Below are positions 24,531 to 37,830 of a stretch of DNA of 41,740 nt, piece by piece; positions within the stretch are counted from its first letter, which is position 1, and each line of letters starts with the position of its first letter. The DNA is taken from contig NC_069005.1 of the NCBI RefSeq assembly GCF_001194135.2, positions 2,855,485 through 2,897,224 on the forward strand, in the 5' to 3' direction. Below the pieces are notes generated by a model. It ran no database searches. It saw only the letters and a program-made list of their open reading frames with translations, and was not told the origin of the DNA. This DNA is from Octopus bimaculoides. Lineage: Eukaryota. Position numbers and translations under genes: made by a program.

Positions 24531-25119
24531 TGCAAATATATTAATAACACCAGTGGACAATAACAATATAATAACACCATTACGTTAATATGCTTCTGAC
24601 TCTATTCACTGTGAGTAAATAGGGATTAAAAACCTAAAACGACAAGGGTACAGCGCCTTCAACTTGATTGCGATCAGACCCAGCTAACAAAACAAACAGT
24701 GCAAAACGCATTTCACTTGGTTATAAATAGATGACAATAAAAGGATTTTATGGTTTGTTTTTTGTTTGTTTTTTTTTAATGATTTTTGATATAGATTAAA
24801 TTATGTAGCATAGTTCAAAAGATAAAAACACTGAAAACACTGCTGCAGAAAGTATACGGCTTCAGGATGGGAATTGATACAAAATTCTATTCAGATAAAA
24901 AATAAAATGCTTTGGGGCAATATTCAAATGCGAAAATTTAATTAAAATAAAATGAAATTCTCTTTTGAGATAAAGAAACAAAGATAAAAGAATTAGGTTG
25001 AACGCTGACATGTAATTAAGAATTAATTAATATGAAACACTGTGGAATATCAGGAAATGAAAGACAGTTTTAGGAATGAAATTCATAAGTGTTTTCAATG
25101 AACATTGAAAACATAATTC

Positions 25120-25416
25120 ATGATAAAGTGAGTGACCGGCCTATCAAATGTTGCTATACATCACTGACCACAATGCGCTTTGCAATGTTTTAGCTTTGGA
25201 ATGATCCACGCCGCTGGCTAGACGAAGAGGCCAACAGCCATCTGCACAATCTGAAGGCTAGTTCGTTACATGTTACCTATTTACAGCCGAGCGAACTGGA
25301 GCAAATAGAAACGAACTGTTTGCTCAAAAGCATAAGTTGCCCCCTGTCCGGGGATTGAGCAAATGAACACTAGAACGTAAGCGCAACACTTTATAAACCA
25401 GGCCACAAGCCCTCAC
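25120..25416 (-). mobile_element. Degenerate SINE group C variant
   Basis: GAACTGGAGCAAA...GCTCAAAAGCA...CCGGGATTGA...AACCAGGCCACAAGCCCTCAC resembles the reversed group C core and head; the 3' part differs from 31505-31757. Confidence 0.6.
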
Positions 25417-25574
25417 ATATTTACATGCCTATAAAATAGTTTAATGCCTAAAGATAAGGTAATGCTCGTTAATACAAACTTGTATAAACAATGTTTGAAC
25501 GGTTAGTTAGAAAACAATTCTGAAAGCAATACAAGACGAGATGTTTCGAAGGTAATGCAGTTGAGCATAAAATG

Positions 25575-25758
25575 GCAGCAGTGAGGGCTGTGAGGTTAGG
25601 AAGCTTGCTTTCCAGTGAGATGGCATCGGCTTCAGTCCCACTCCGGGGCAACACTGGAACGTATCTTCTATTATAACAGTACTGTTCCGTTACGACCTGT
25701 GAATTCTGAGTGAATGAATCTGGGAGAAGGAAACTGAGTGGAAGCAGTCGCATATGTG

Positions 25759-25803
<45 letters not shown>

Positions 25804-25820
25804 ATATGTGGGTGTGTGAA
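25575..25820 (+). mobile_element. Degenerate SINE group B 5' half ending in microsatellite
   Basis: tRNA-like head GCTGTGAGGTTAGGAAGCTTGCTT...TTCAGTCCCAC, then TCTTCTATTATA and GGAAACTG followed by a (TG)/(TA) run, as in 28614-28743. Confidence 0.65.
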
Positions 25821-26596
25821 TTTCGTATTTGTTTACTATCACAGGTGGTAAGCAACCGAGGTTGTTTTCTTTACGTCGTAACATAGTGGATCAACAGAAG
25901 TTCTCGATATAATAAATACTAAACTTTGAAATAATTACAGGAGACGATTCTTTTTCTATACTGTACATGAGTGTGCCCTAGTATGGTCGTACCTAATTAC
26001 TCAATTACGTAATAAAAGATAGCTGAGGAGTAAATATACAGATTATATTTACACTAAACATAGAAATGCCGGTAGTGTATGAGAGTAGAAAGCCGTTGTA
26101 TGTCTATTTGATAAAAAGTCAGAAAACAAATGAGACACGTTATTACTTTGTATTTAAAGATACTAACAAACTACAAATAAAAGATGATGCTACAGAGAAC
26201 TTTGCGGAGGAAAATATATCAAATTTATTAAAATACAGAAGGAAAAAAAAGTCAAAACTGATATGTCAGCCTAAGTTTTTGACAAGAAAAGCCTCTAAAA
26301 GATTAATGGCGGAGAATAATACAGTAAAAAAAAAACAACAAAAAAAAAACCTAACTCGTTATCAAAGCAAAAAAGGAGAAAAGAAAAATCAATCTTCAGC
26401 TCTGGTTTAGATGTCCATGACTCAAATCTGATTATGAATCTTCTTGTTTTATGCAGCACGAGATTTCACAACAAGAAAATTATTAAACGCGTATCACGAA
26501 GAAAAATATCACAAGCAAATGTAGAATTTAGTGATGCTTGTAAAGAAACAATTAATCACATTGTTTTGGTTTTGGCCTACCAATTTTCTTGTGCAT

Positions 26597-26668
<72 letters not shown>

Positions 26669-26966
26669 GTACATGTGTATATTTAGCGTAAAAGACTGCT
26701 CAGTAATACTAGGTACGTTTACAAGCCTGTCTGATCATCATATTATGAAAGACATAAAACTTAGAGTAGCTCGCATTTAAATCCTATGTATATTGAATAA
26801 TAATTACCTATATGTATATTATATATATATATATCCATATACATATATCATACACAAAAGTCGCAGAACATACCATGTAGCCATCTGATTTTTGCAGCAG
26901 GAATGATAAGGATAATGAACATAATTTCAGAAAGACCATCTCTTTGACAAATACTTATAATGTAAG

Positions 26967-27021
26967 AAGACGGCGAGTTGGTAGAAACGTTAGCCTGCCG
27001 GGCGAAATGCTTAGCGGTTTT
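26967..27021 (+). mobile_element. SINE group A head fragment
   Basis: AGACGGCGAGTTGGTAGAAACGTTAGCCTGCCGGGCGAAATGCTTAGCGGT. Confidence 0.8.
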
Positions 27022-27088
27022 TACACGCGCGCACACAAACACACGAACGCATACACACACACACACACACGCACATACACACCCTTAG

Positions 27089-27146
<58 letters not shown>

Positions 27147-27275
27147 TTATAAATGCATATATAATATATATATTCGTATATATATATGTATGTATGTGTG
27201 TATATTATATATATATATATATATATATAAATATATATATATATAAATATATATATACAAGTTGACCATCTAATA

Positions 27276-27325
<50 letters not shown>

Positions 27326-27399
27326 CATATACAAGTTGACCATTTTAATTTACATGAGACTTCAATGGCAAATTTTAATACAAACGCATATAAATCTGT

Positions 27400-27598
27400 T
27401 TATCTGTACCAGGGGTGGTCTTTGGCGGGTTAGTATGTTAAAAAGTTAATGACATATCAATTCCAGAAATTTTCTCATTACTGAGATTATCTCCCCTTAT
27501 CTCGCCTTCTCATTTGGAATGTCTCCCAACTGCCACCAAGCGATTATTTTACCTTCTCTCCAAGCAGAGATAATTTCAATAAATCATCAGTTTATCTC
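27400..27598. promoter_or_regulatory. Homotypic cluster of GATA-type sites (candidate enhancer)
   Basis: GAGATAA or its reverse complement at 27487, 27497, 27567 and 27592, plus TTATCT at 27400. Function not demonstrated. Confidence 0.35.
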
Positions 27599-28613
27599 GT
27601 CCGCTATTTATGGACATCATTCAACTGTGGTATATGCAAATGGCTTTTATTGATTTAGTAAAATATACATTAACTTACGCATTAAATCAAAAATAAGTAA
27701 AAAAAAGCTGATCAATAAACAGATCAGTAACATCTAGTGATGTTATTGTTTACTACGATGGTACTGATATCTCAAAAGGCGATCAGGATTTTCCAGGTGA
27801 ATGGCTAAAACTAGTGGGACAGAAAATTTACAACATGCATAGGCTAACATCTAATTAATGCTCACTTAAAGCGTCAGACAAAAGTGTCCGAAATGATGTA
27901 TCGTGAAGTTTATAGTTGTTAGATCAATTGTCAGTTGGTGAGAACCGGCTGAGACTAGAAAGACATTGTAAAACCATATTTTATATACTTAAACGAAATG
28001 CTGTTATTGCTTTTCTACATCCTCCCTCGTTTAATTTTTAATCAATAGCCAGAATTACGCTTTCCTCGCCGACACTGCATATAATCGCTTAGGCCAACTC
28101 TTTTAATTTCAATAAAACATATGCTGATGTCGGGCGTACCTCAAATTACGTCTTTTCGATTCACGTCGTTCGATTTACCCGACTTTACGTGAGTCCGAAT
28201 GGACAAATTTAACTGCATAAAACATTTTAAAGATCCATTTAAATCCGAAGAGGAAAATGAAAATACATATAAAATATCATAAAATATTTATATTAAACAG
28301 ACATACGGTAATAAATGCAGTAATATGTTTCTCGTGTTCGTTTTTCGAGTTAAGTCGCTTCTCTTGGAACATATCACCGATGTAATTTCAGGCATGCCTC
28401 TTTATAAAATTCACGTTGTGTACTACCTTGACTTCGTGTCTTAAAATTAAATTTGTGATGCAAGGATCATTTTATGCGATAGTGCATATGTGGTAGCTTA
28501 TACTATTATATGTGTAGTAGTTTGTGGTCTATAACTAAAATAATGGAATGATCTATCGGGAATTGAAATGTCATTAACCTTTTTACATAAGAAGATAAAT
28601 CATACAAACATGC

Positions 28614-29180
28614 TCTTCCACCGCGCGGCACATTGGGCAAGACTCTTCCACTATAGCCTCGGGCCGACTAAAGTCTTGTGAGAGGATTTGGTAGATGGAA
28701 ACTGAAAGACGCCCGTCGTATATATATATATATATATATATATNNNNNNNNNNNNNNNNNNNNNNNNNNNNNNNNNNNNNNNNNNNNNNNNNNNNNNNNN
28801 NNNNNNNNNNNNNNNNNNNNNNNNNNNNNNNNNNNNNNNNNNNNNNNNNNNNNNNNNNNNNNNNNNNNNNNNNNNNNNNNNNNNNNNNNNNNNNNNNNNN
28901 NNNNNNNNNNNNNNNNNNNNNNNNNNNNNNNNNNNNNNNNNNNNNNNNNNNNNNNNNNNNNNNNNNNNNNNNNNNNNNTATATATATATATATATTTGCG
29001 TGTGTATTTGTCTCCCTACCATCGCTTGACAATCGATGTTGCTGTGTTTACGTCCTGTAACTTAGCGGTTCAGCTAAAGAGACCAAAACAATAAGTACTA
29101 GGCTTACAGAGAATACGTCATGGGGTCGATTTGTTCGACTAAAAGCGGTGCTCCAGCATGGCTGCAATAAAGTGACTAAA
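28614..29180 (+). mobile_element. SINE group B with internal (TA)n expansion containing an assembly gap
   Basis: TTGGGCAAG...CTATAGCCTCGGGCCGAC...GGATTTGGTAGATGGAAACTGAAAGA, (TA)n, then a 3' half colinear with 15000-15198. Confidence 0.9.
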
Positions 29181-30619
29181 GGTGTATAAAAGAATAACAA
29201 AAGACTTCAAATTTATAGAAGAACCTAGAGATTCTATATTATACGATGAGAGTGCAAAAGGAATTGAGGCGGATGCTCCAAATCGTATTTATCAGTGGCA
29301 CTGTGAAGATTTGTGTGACATTCCAGAGATATTACATCTGAGACTCTGTAGGTAAATAAATGGACATACTTGGGTGCGTTCACTGACCGCTCGAACACAA
29401 ACCAACTCAACTACATTTTTACAAACACCGGAAACTATCTTATCTCAAAAAAAATATCTTGCATATTTTTAGCGACCGATTTGAACTTTGTTAAGAAATG
29501 CTAAAAAAACTCATAGAAAAAACATACATATGTACATACATATCTACATATATGCATATATACATACTACATGCATGAACATACCACTCATAGTTACAAG
29601 CATACATTACATACATACGTACATACATTTTTACATGCATGCATACACACATATATCACATATATGACGTATGTAAATATGGATGTACTTATCGAATTAT
29701 CTGTGTATACAAACGTATGCTTACAGATATTATAAGCATTAAAACTTATTTCGGCCATTAATCACACATCCCAAGCTTAATAAATAAAACATTTCATTAT
29801 CATTTCCAAGCTCATATATTCACAGTAGTTAACAATCTAATGTCCGTTTTGATATATTATTTGAAATATCAAATTGTTTATTCAAACTTCCGTTCATTTT
29901 CATTTTTCTTTTTTTAACTTATTCACACTTTCAGAAAATTTCCTGTAGCGTTCATGGGCAAATACACTCGGGTGCGCGTGCGAACACACACTAGCACACA
30001 CGAAGGCAGAAACACACCCGCCCGCATATATTGACAAGAAACATATACATAGACACATATGTAAACAGAAATACGGACAAGGAGAGGAAGAAAGAATCGG
30101 AGAGATTTGGAGTGGAGAATAACATATTCATATGTAGTTAATTGTTTCTATGCATATTTATATATATATATATATATGAACTCTTACACACACGCACAAG
30201 CTAACGACACTGACACATGTACATACATGTACATATACATGTATATATAAGTATAAATATCTAGATATACATACATATATATATANNNNNNNNNNNNNNN
30301 NNNNNNNNNNNNNNNNNNNNNNNNNNNNNNNNNNNNNNNNNNNNNNNNNNNNNNNNNNNNNNNNNNNNNNNNNNNNNNNNNNNNNNNNNNNNNNNNNNNN
30401 NNNNNNNNNNNNNNNNNNNNNNNNNNNNNNNNNNNNNNNNNNNNNNNNNNNNNNATATATATACATACTTTTATTCGTATACAAGTTTGTTTACTCATAC
30501 ATATCACTTGTCCGCATACGTATGTATATATTCATATATATGTATATATGTGTGTATATATATATATACATGTATACAAACACACACACACACACACACA
30601 CACATGTATATATATATAT

Positions 30620-30672
<53 letters not shown>

Positions 30673-30965
30673 TATACATATATGTGTGCGCGTGTTTATG
30701 ACAGTGTGTGTGTGTTTTCCCCATTTGAATTCTACGTAGTGTTTTCCGAATATCTTGAGTTACGAGTTCTATATCGTGACAGCTTGGGAGTTTAGGCTTC
30801 ATTAACAGTCAAAGAGTTTATTGGTAAATTTTATTCACTGTTAATTAGTATTCTGGTTTATTAGTGTAATCTATTTTGATGGTAATAATCATTATGAAAT
30901 ATTTATAATTCCAATATGGAAGTATTTTGATTTATCACTATAATATTAATAAAACGATGATATGC

Positions 30966-31041
<76 letters not shown>
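30966..31041. repeat. (AAT)n microsatellite
   Basis: Directly visible. Confidence 0.97.
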
Positions 31042-31043
<2 letters not shown>

Positions 31044-31504
31044 TTCATCATAATAATCTCCTTTTATTTTCACACTACATTACATTCCGTCGAACAATAG
31101 TATTGTTTTGTATTGGTGACAAAAATATACGGTGGTATAAATTACTGAGTTATAAAACATAGGTACGTAAATGTTGGAGGAAGTTGAAATATTTTCCAAT
31201 GTATTTAGACGTTTGAAAAATATTAATGCTAAACAAAATCAGAAATTTATACAGTTTTGATGAACTAATTAGCGCATTTTATAAAACGGATGCGATACAT
31301 TAGCGTGTAAATATTTGAAAGTTCCTGAAAGTAAGAATGTAAAACCCCTTTCACACTTTATTGTTGAGGTCACTTTTGACATGCATTTTCTGTTCCTCAC
31401 GTCAGGGAGCACTTGCGGTATTTACAAAGGCTCCAATAAGTATTTTTGTTTTTGTATCGTATGAGAGAAGAAGTAACCAATATCATGCTTGCGTTATGAT
31501 TTTA

Positions 31505-31757
31505 TGTGAACGCCTGTGGCTTAGTGGTTAGGATGTTCGGCTTGCGATCTTAAGGTCGTGCGTTCAATTCCCGGCGACATGATGAGTCCCTGAGCAAGAC
31601 AATGTATTTAATGTTGCTCTAGTCCACTCATCTGGCAAAAATGAGAAGTACCTGTATTTCGAATGGCCAGCTTTGTGACATTCTGTGTCACGTTGATCTC
31701 CCCGGGAATTACGTGTCTGTGGAGTGCCCAGCCACTTGCACGTTAACTTCACGGAGT
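31505..31757 (+). mobile_element. SINE group C, tRNA-derived head
   Basis: A-box-like TGGCTTAGTGG (31517-31527), B-box-like GTTCAATTCC (31562-31571), core GAGTCCCTGAGCAAGACA...AGTCCACTCATCTGGCAAAAATGAG; homologous to 23712-24010. Confidence 0.88.
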
Positions 31758-31824
31758 GCTGCTATTATTTTATAGACACTCGCTGTAATTTTCAGCAAAA
31801 GGTTTTCGTTTGAATGTCTTTTAA

Positions 31825-32032
31825 CCCTTTTATTGCGGAAATTAGATATATCCACGGAAAATTCTATTACCATTTGCTGAAGAATGTCATTATAAAATGA
31901 TTTTTTTCGTTGAGAAATGTCAAGTTTTCTGAGGTAACGTGACATGCAGAAAATACCAATTTTACTTTTTATTCTGAAGACATTTAAGATCATTAATGGA
32001 ATAAGCATGAAATTTAATTTCGCATGAAAGGG
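31825..32032. mobile_element. 208-bp non-autonomous piggyBac-type element (MITE)
   Basis: TTAA at 31821-31824 and 32033-32036 flanking CCCTTTTATTGCG ... CGCATGAAAGGG (imperfect ~12-bp TIR with CCC/GGG termini). TTAA TSD plus CCC...GGG is diagnostic of piggyBac. Confidence 0.7.
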
Positions 32033-32369
32033 TTAATATCCGGTCTTGCTTCTTCCTCAATCACATACATTCCGATTCCAAGAGAATGGTAAATGTTACT
32101 GGAAAATGATTAAGGAAATATTTGGAGTTCTGTGTATGAATAAAACCTGAACGATTCCTTGTTGCAAAAAGTATTAACTTACATCCTGGAAATATTCATC
32201 CGTCTTTGTTTCCGTTGTTCCATCAATATCTCAAACATTTTCGAACGTAAAATGAGGTATCACTTACTGGTGGAAACGGTAAACTTATAAAGGTTGTATT
32301 TATAATGTTGACCATGAAATAAATAAATAAAAAAACAGTTGAGTAACTAGTATCGATATCCATAGTAAA

Positions 32370-32670
32370 GGTACTTGGTCACGTGGGTATGGTATTGCTC
32401 GCACGATCGCAAGATCGTGGTTTTGATTACCTAACCGGGAGGAACATTGCGTTTTCCTGCAATGCACGTCATCGCCAATTGCACTTCAATCACTTCATTT
32501 GACGTGTAAAATTCCGTGCAACTATACCGAAAGTGTCGACTTGATGCACAGAGTGAACCAACGCACAGCACACACATTTGATTATTATAAACAAATCATC
32601 TGTGCAGGGTGTTCAGAATGAAATTGCGGTACCAGTATCTGCATCTTGCGACAGGGATGTCCACGATTGT
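32370..32670 (+). mobile_element. Highly degenerate SINE, group C-like head
   Basis: CACGATCGCAAGATCGTGGTTTTGATTACC..ACCGGG resembles the group C head; the rest is recognised from memory only. Confidence 0.5.
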
Positions 32671-34468
32671 TACCCATAACTTAAATTCGAAAATGTTATT
32701 GTACAGCGCTTTGTTTTATATCGTTCCAAATCGACGTCAATAATGAAACAAAATAACTTTTTATACAGTATGAATATAGCACGTAAATTAACACTCTGAC
32801 TTTTTGATAGGAACTTTTCGTATTCGTAGCTGTCCTTACTTCATAAAAACTGTATCATCTGAATTGTTAAGAGCATAATTCAGAAGATATCTTTTCCCAT
32901 TAAATACATTAAAAAATTCGTCTTCGTTCACGGCATTTCGTTTGCTGCGATGCCATCTTTAATTAATATTATAGATCCACACGCTTAATCAGAAAAAAAT
33001 CGATCACACACTTTGGATGAGTGATCTGAGAGATGACAGAAGCCATTGTGTCATGCTGGTGTTTAAACACTGGTTGAATCAAACATGATCCAACAGACCC
33101 ATTCCCCTACACATAATCCATCACAAGGTCGTGTTTAGAGAGTATTTTTTGTTGATGATAATTATTTTTCGTCTCATGACAATCTTCTATGATTATGGCT
33201 CATTTAAAAATCAGTCCAACCATAGAAAGAACTTAATTTCTGTTTAAATTGGATCATATCCATTTTTCTTCTCTTATCATTCAGCGTTGGGATGGTTAGT
33301 AATGTTAAAATGGATTTGACCGGACTATCTTGCAAGCCGATTTTAGACCGTATTTCGATTTCTCTATAATGAGTGTGAATGTATGCGTGTATAGCTGAGT
33401 GTATACATACTGGCGTTAATTAATTTAATTACTTCAGCGTATTTGTGGAGAAAACAAATTTAATGTTCTTCATCATATACTCATACACACGTTATGCCAT
33501 TTGTGAAACGATCGTATTAGATGCCTGGAACCTTTTCTGTATATAGCGGCAAATACAGAATGCATCATATTATGATATCGTATTTATTCATCTTTTCTTA
33601 AATGTGTGTGAAATAATTTTAGAGGGCGAAGAGCCACAAAGAGAAAATGCTACTCTAAAAAAAACGCAGTCTGTAGGTCAGATCATTTGCAGTGAAATCA
33701 TGGTACGCTAACCTGGTCACGTAAACACGCATGCACGCACATACGCACGCCTGCACACACACATACATACACACACTCACACACACATACGCACGCGCAT
33801 ATGTATATGTATATATATACACACATATTTCTCCGTGCTTGCTGAGGGTTTGAACATAAATCCAAATATTTTCAATTCGAGACCAAGCCACTCGGTCACG
33901 CCGCTAAGATAACAAGTAAAATGAAATAACAAAAGTCAGACGACAGGCGGATTTTCTGCGATGCAGCCTAACGTTTTTCGTGGAAGCTGATGTAGTGGAA
34001 CGGCAGACCATTCACAATATACCAGGAAGGAAAGTAAGAAAGAAAGAAAGGAAGAAAGATGCTGGAATGCGTATGTGCTTATGTGATTGTGTTCCTAGCT
34101 TTGCAATCAAGACTCTTTTCCTGTTCTGCCAGCGCATTCTCTTGAGCAACTTCATTGTTTTAGACGTCTTAAAAAACTAAAAGCCAAAACAAAGAAGAAT
34201 AAAGAATCACATTTTGTGTTGATATTTGCATGGCAATTATTGTCTAAGCGTTGAGAGCGGTTTAAACAAGTGAGGATGTCAGAAGAGGATGTCAGAAACA
34301 GAAAGACAACACGGCGGAACATACGACGTCATTGGCGAAACGTAAGAAATTGATAAATATGACTTTATCTGTTTTCAGAGTTTGCAGTCTGATGCTTGAG
34401 TACTTTCTGAAGAAACAATGACAAAACGAAAAGACAAAAGGACAAGGAATCTAAAACTAAAGTAAAAC

Positions 34469-34514
<46 letters not shown>

Positions 34515-34629
34515 GGTAGGAAGAAGAATCGGGGGTAGAAAAAGGGAGAGACTGAGAGGAATGCCCTCCCTCCCCGATAAAAAACAAACACATGCATTCA
34601 CTACAGGGACAAGAGGAGAAACAAGAAAC

Positions 34630-34690
<61 letters not shown>

Positions 34691-34870
34691 GAGAGTAAAT
34701 AAACAGAGGTAAATACTTATAAAACAACTCGAGCGTTTCAACAGCTTTTGTTAGGACTGTATTTATCGTTATCAATCAAACAAAAACGTCTGCCACAACT
34801 ATAATTGAAAACTGAGTGAATAAGAGAGATTGAAGGAGATGGAGAGAGAGAAAGAGAGGGAAAGATAGAG

Positions 34871-34925
<55 letters not shown>
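34469..34925. repeat. (AAT)n at 34469-34512 and (GA)n tracts at ~34630-34690 and ~34840-34925
   Basis: Directly visible. Confidence 0.9.
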
Positions 34926-34926
<1 letters not shown>

Positions 34927-35304
34927 AGGGAAAAATAGAAGAGCCTGACAGTAGATAGGATTGGTTAGGTTTCACAATTTGGTTCATATCATTTGACAAC
35001 AATGTCAGGCAGAATCACATCTTTATTCTATTATTACTCCTCGGAACGCGTTTCGATTTCTTGGTTCTAATTAATTAGGTATCAGCGATGTTTAAGTCTG
35101 AGGTGGTTTGCTACTGAATGTGGTGGGTGTAAACACAGATTCGCACACGCACGCCACACGCATATGCGTATATGTATACATACACACACACACAAACACG
35201 CACACATACAGTCCCTCACTACACACCGGTATATATGAGTGCATCTATATGTCCCTGTAAATATTTCTATATATACATACTTACATACATATAAGAAAAA
35301 AATA

Positions 35305-35345
<41 letters not shown>

Positions 35346-35541
35346 GTTTACATACATATATATGGATATATATATGCATATATATGTATATGTATATATA
35401 CATATATGTAAGTGCGTGTGTGTGNNNNNNNNNNTATATATATACAGAGAGAGAAGGGGCGAAGGAGAGAGAGAGAGAGAGGGCGGGAGAGAGAAAAAGA
35501 GAGAGTGGCTTATTATGTATATATATATACATATAGTAATG

Positions 35542-35580
<39 letters not shown>

Positions 35581-36182
35581 GTTTACATACATATATATGG
35601 ATATATATATGCATATATATGTATATGTATATATACATATATGTAAGTGCGTGTGTGTGTGTGTTTGTGTGTATATATATAAATATATATATGTGTACAC
35701 ATGCACACACACGAGCATTTATACGTAATTTTATATGTATACAATTTCACATACATAAGTACAGAGAGAATGACAGAGCGAGATTGAGCGAGAAAGTAAG
35801 AAAGAAAGAAGAGGGAACGAGACAAACACACATACAATAGCTGGAGATACATACATGCCTAGAGACTCAAGTACATGCGCTAATACACACAATATATGTC
35901 AGTAGTCAACAGAGCAGCTAGTGTGATCTATTGTAAGATCTAAAGCGAAAACCGGCGCTAAAGATCAGACATATTGCAACAGAAGCGCAAACAGAAGGAG
36001 TTTGTTAGCTGACTACATCACTATAACAGTTTCGGTAGAGAGCGGGGGGTTATGTAGAGATGACGGGTTGGTGTTGGGACACTTTTAATGCCGTCTTTTC
36101 AAAGGGTACAATCAACATAATTAACTTTGCGTATATGTCAAGAGAATCGATCGTTGCTGTTTCGATAACAATCTACATAGCT

Positions 36183-36183
36183 T

Positions 36184-36259
<76 letters not shown>
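36183..36259. repeat. (ATCT)n tetranucleotide microsatellite; a second one at ~39042-39100
   Basis: Directly visible. Confidence 0.96.
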
Positions 36260-36260
<1 letters not shown>

Positions 36261-37394
36261 ATATATATATCTGTCTGTCTAAGTACGTAGGTACTTATGT
36301 ATGTATATATGTATGTATGTAACTCTCTCACTCTTTCTGTCTCTCTATATCTATCTATACATAGAGACCTGCATACGTATATACATACATATTTATATAA
36401 ATATATATGTACATATATATATATATANNNNNNNNNNNNNNNNNNNNNNNNNNNNNNNNNNNNNNNNNNNNNNNNNNNNNNNNNNNNNNNNNNNNNNNNN
36501 NNNNNNNNNNNNNNNNNNNNNNNNNNNNNNNNNNNNNNNNNNNNNNNNNNNNNNNNNNNNNNNNNNNNNNNNNNNNNNNNNNNNNNNNNNNNNNNNNNNN
36601 NNNNNNNTATATATATATATGCATATATATATATGTATATATATATATATGTATATATATATATGCATATATATATATATGCACATATGTAAGCGTACGC
36701 ACCCATATATATGTGTATGTCTTTACCTATGTATATGTATATATGAATGCACATATGTACACGTCTTCGGATGTATTCCTCAAGCCACCATTTTATCTCT
36801 ATATCTTTGAGTATTACTTTCCTTTTTCTCTTTCATTTACTATCAACTCATCATAAATTCCCTATCTCTTTCTCTCTCCCTTTATTCCTTTCTCACTACG
36901 CACACGTACACACACACGTAGATATAGACACATTCTCATTCATTCAACACCCAACGTTGGTTTCAACCCATTATACACGTCAAACAAAGTAAACAGTAGT
37001 TGCATACAGGGGCCTTTCTTTGCAGTTTCGGGAACGTTGCTTGTCAACTTGTATGTACGTGATGTCTATGTAAGCGTTACCGCTGTTGCGCGCAGTGATA
37101 ACGGCGGCGTCTACACTGTCAATGGCGTTGGTTCGTTTGTAGCGATGTCGGCATATACACAATGTTGTATCTCACGAAGATTGAAAACGAAGATTGTGTA
37201 AGTATGCGCAAGAATGGTTGTGAGGTAGAAGGGTTGAAGGCTGTGCGAGAGAATAGATGTGTCGAACTGATGGATAAGAGGGGTGTGTGTGTGGGTGGGT
37301 GTAGTATTTCATGTTGCTTTGAATACTTCAAAGTGGATCTGTCAATAAACGAAATGGAACTCCATATATCCAACTTATCCCCTTTTTTCTTCTC

Positions 37395-37830
37395 CTTCCT
37401 CCTCCTCGTACTCCTCATCGTTATCATCATAATCATTATCATGATCAATAACATCATTATCAACATCATCAACATCATCGTCATCATCATCAACATCATC
37501 AACATCATCATCATCGTCGTCGTCGTCGTCTTCAAAATCATCATCATCATCATCATCAACAATATCCTCATCATGATCATCATCATCATCAACAACATCC
37601 TCATCATGATCATGATCATCATCATGATCATCATCATGATCATCATCATCTTCATCTTCATCGTTGCCAAAATCATCACCAACGTCATCGTTGTCATCAC
37701 CACGGTCGATATTGTCACGATCTCCTTTCCCCTTCCTTCTCCTCTTCTTCCTCCTATCACCTCCTTCTCCTTCTCTTCCTCCTCATCACCATCAACGTCA
37801 CAACCATCCACATCATGACAAAAGATGACT
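37395..37830. repeat. Degenerate (CAT)n/(CCT)n trinucleotide tract
   Basis: Directly visible; source of the poly-I/poly-M ORFs. Confidence 0.9.

Noticed and set aside
26066-26410. 114-aa Lys-rich ORF
   Set aside because: A-rich composition with poly-A runs explains it; no splice support or homology.
31505-31580. tRNA gene
   Set aside because: A- and B-box-like motifs continue into a multi-copy SINE body and no proper cloverleaf forms; the same applies to the other SINE heads.
34276-34341. MSEEDVRNRKTTRRNIRRHWRN followed by a GTAAGA donor, a possible first exon
   Set aside because: The start arises from a 13-bp tandem duplication (GAGGATGTCAGAA x2), and the nearest acceptor gives an implausible 37-nt intron.
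37017-37183. Ig-like 'ARSDNGGVYTV' stretch
   Set aside because: No Cys or Trp of an Ig fold; the GNN bias is explained by degenerate GTT/GGC triplets.
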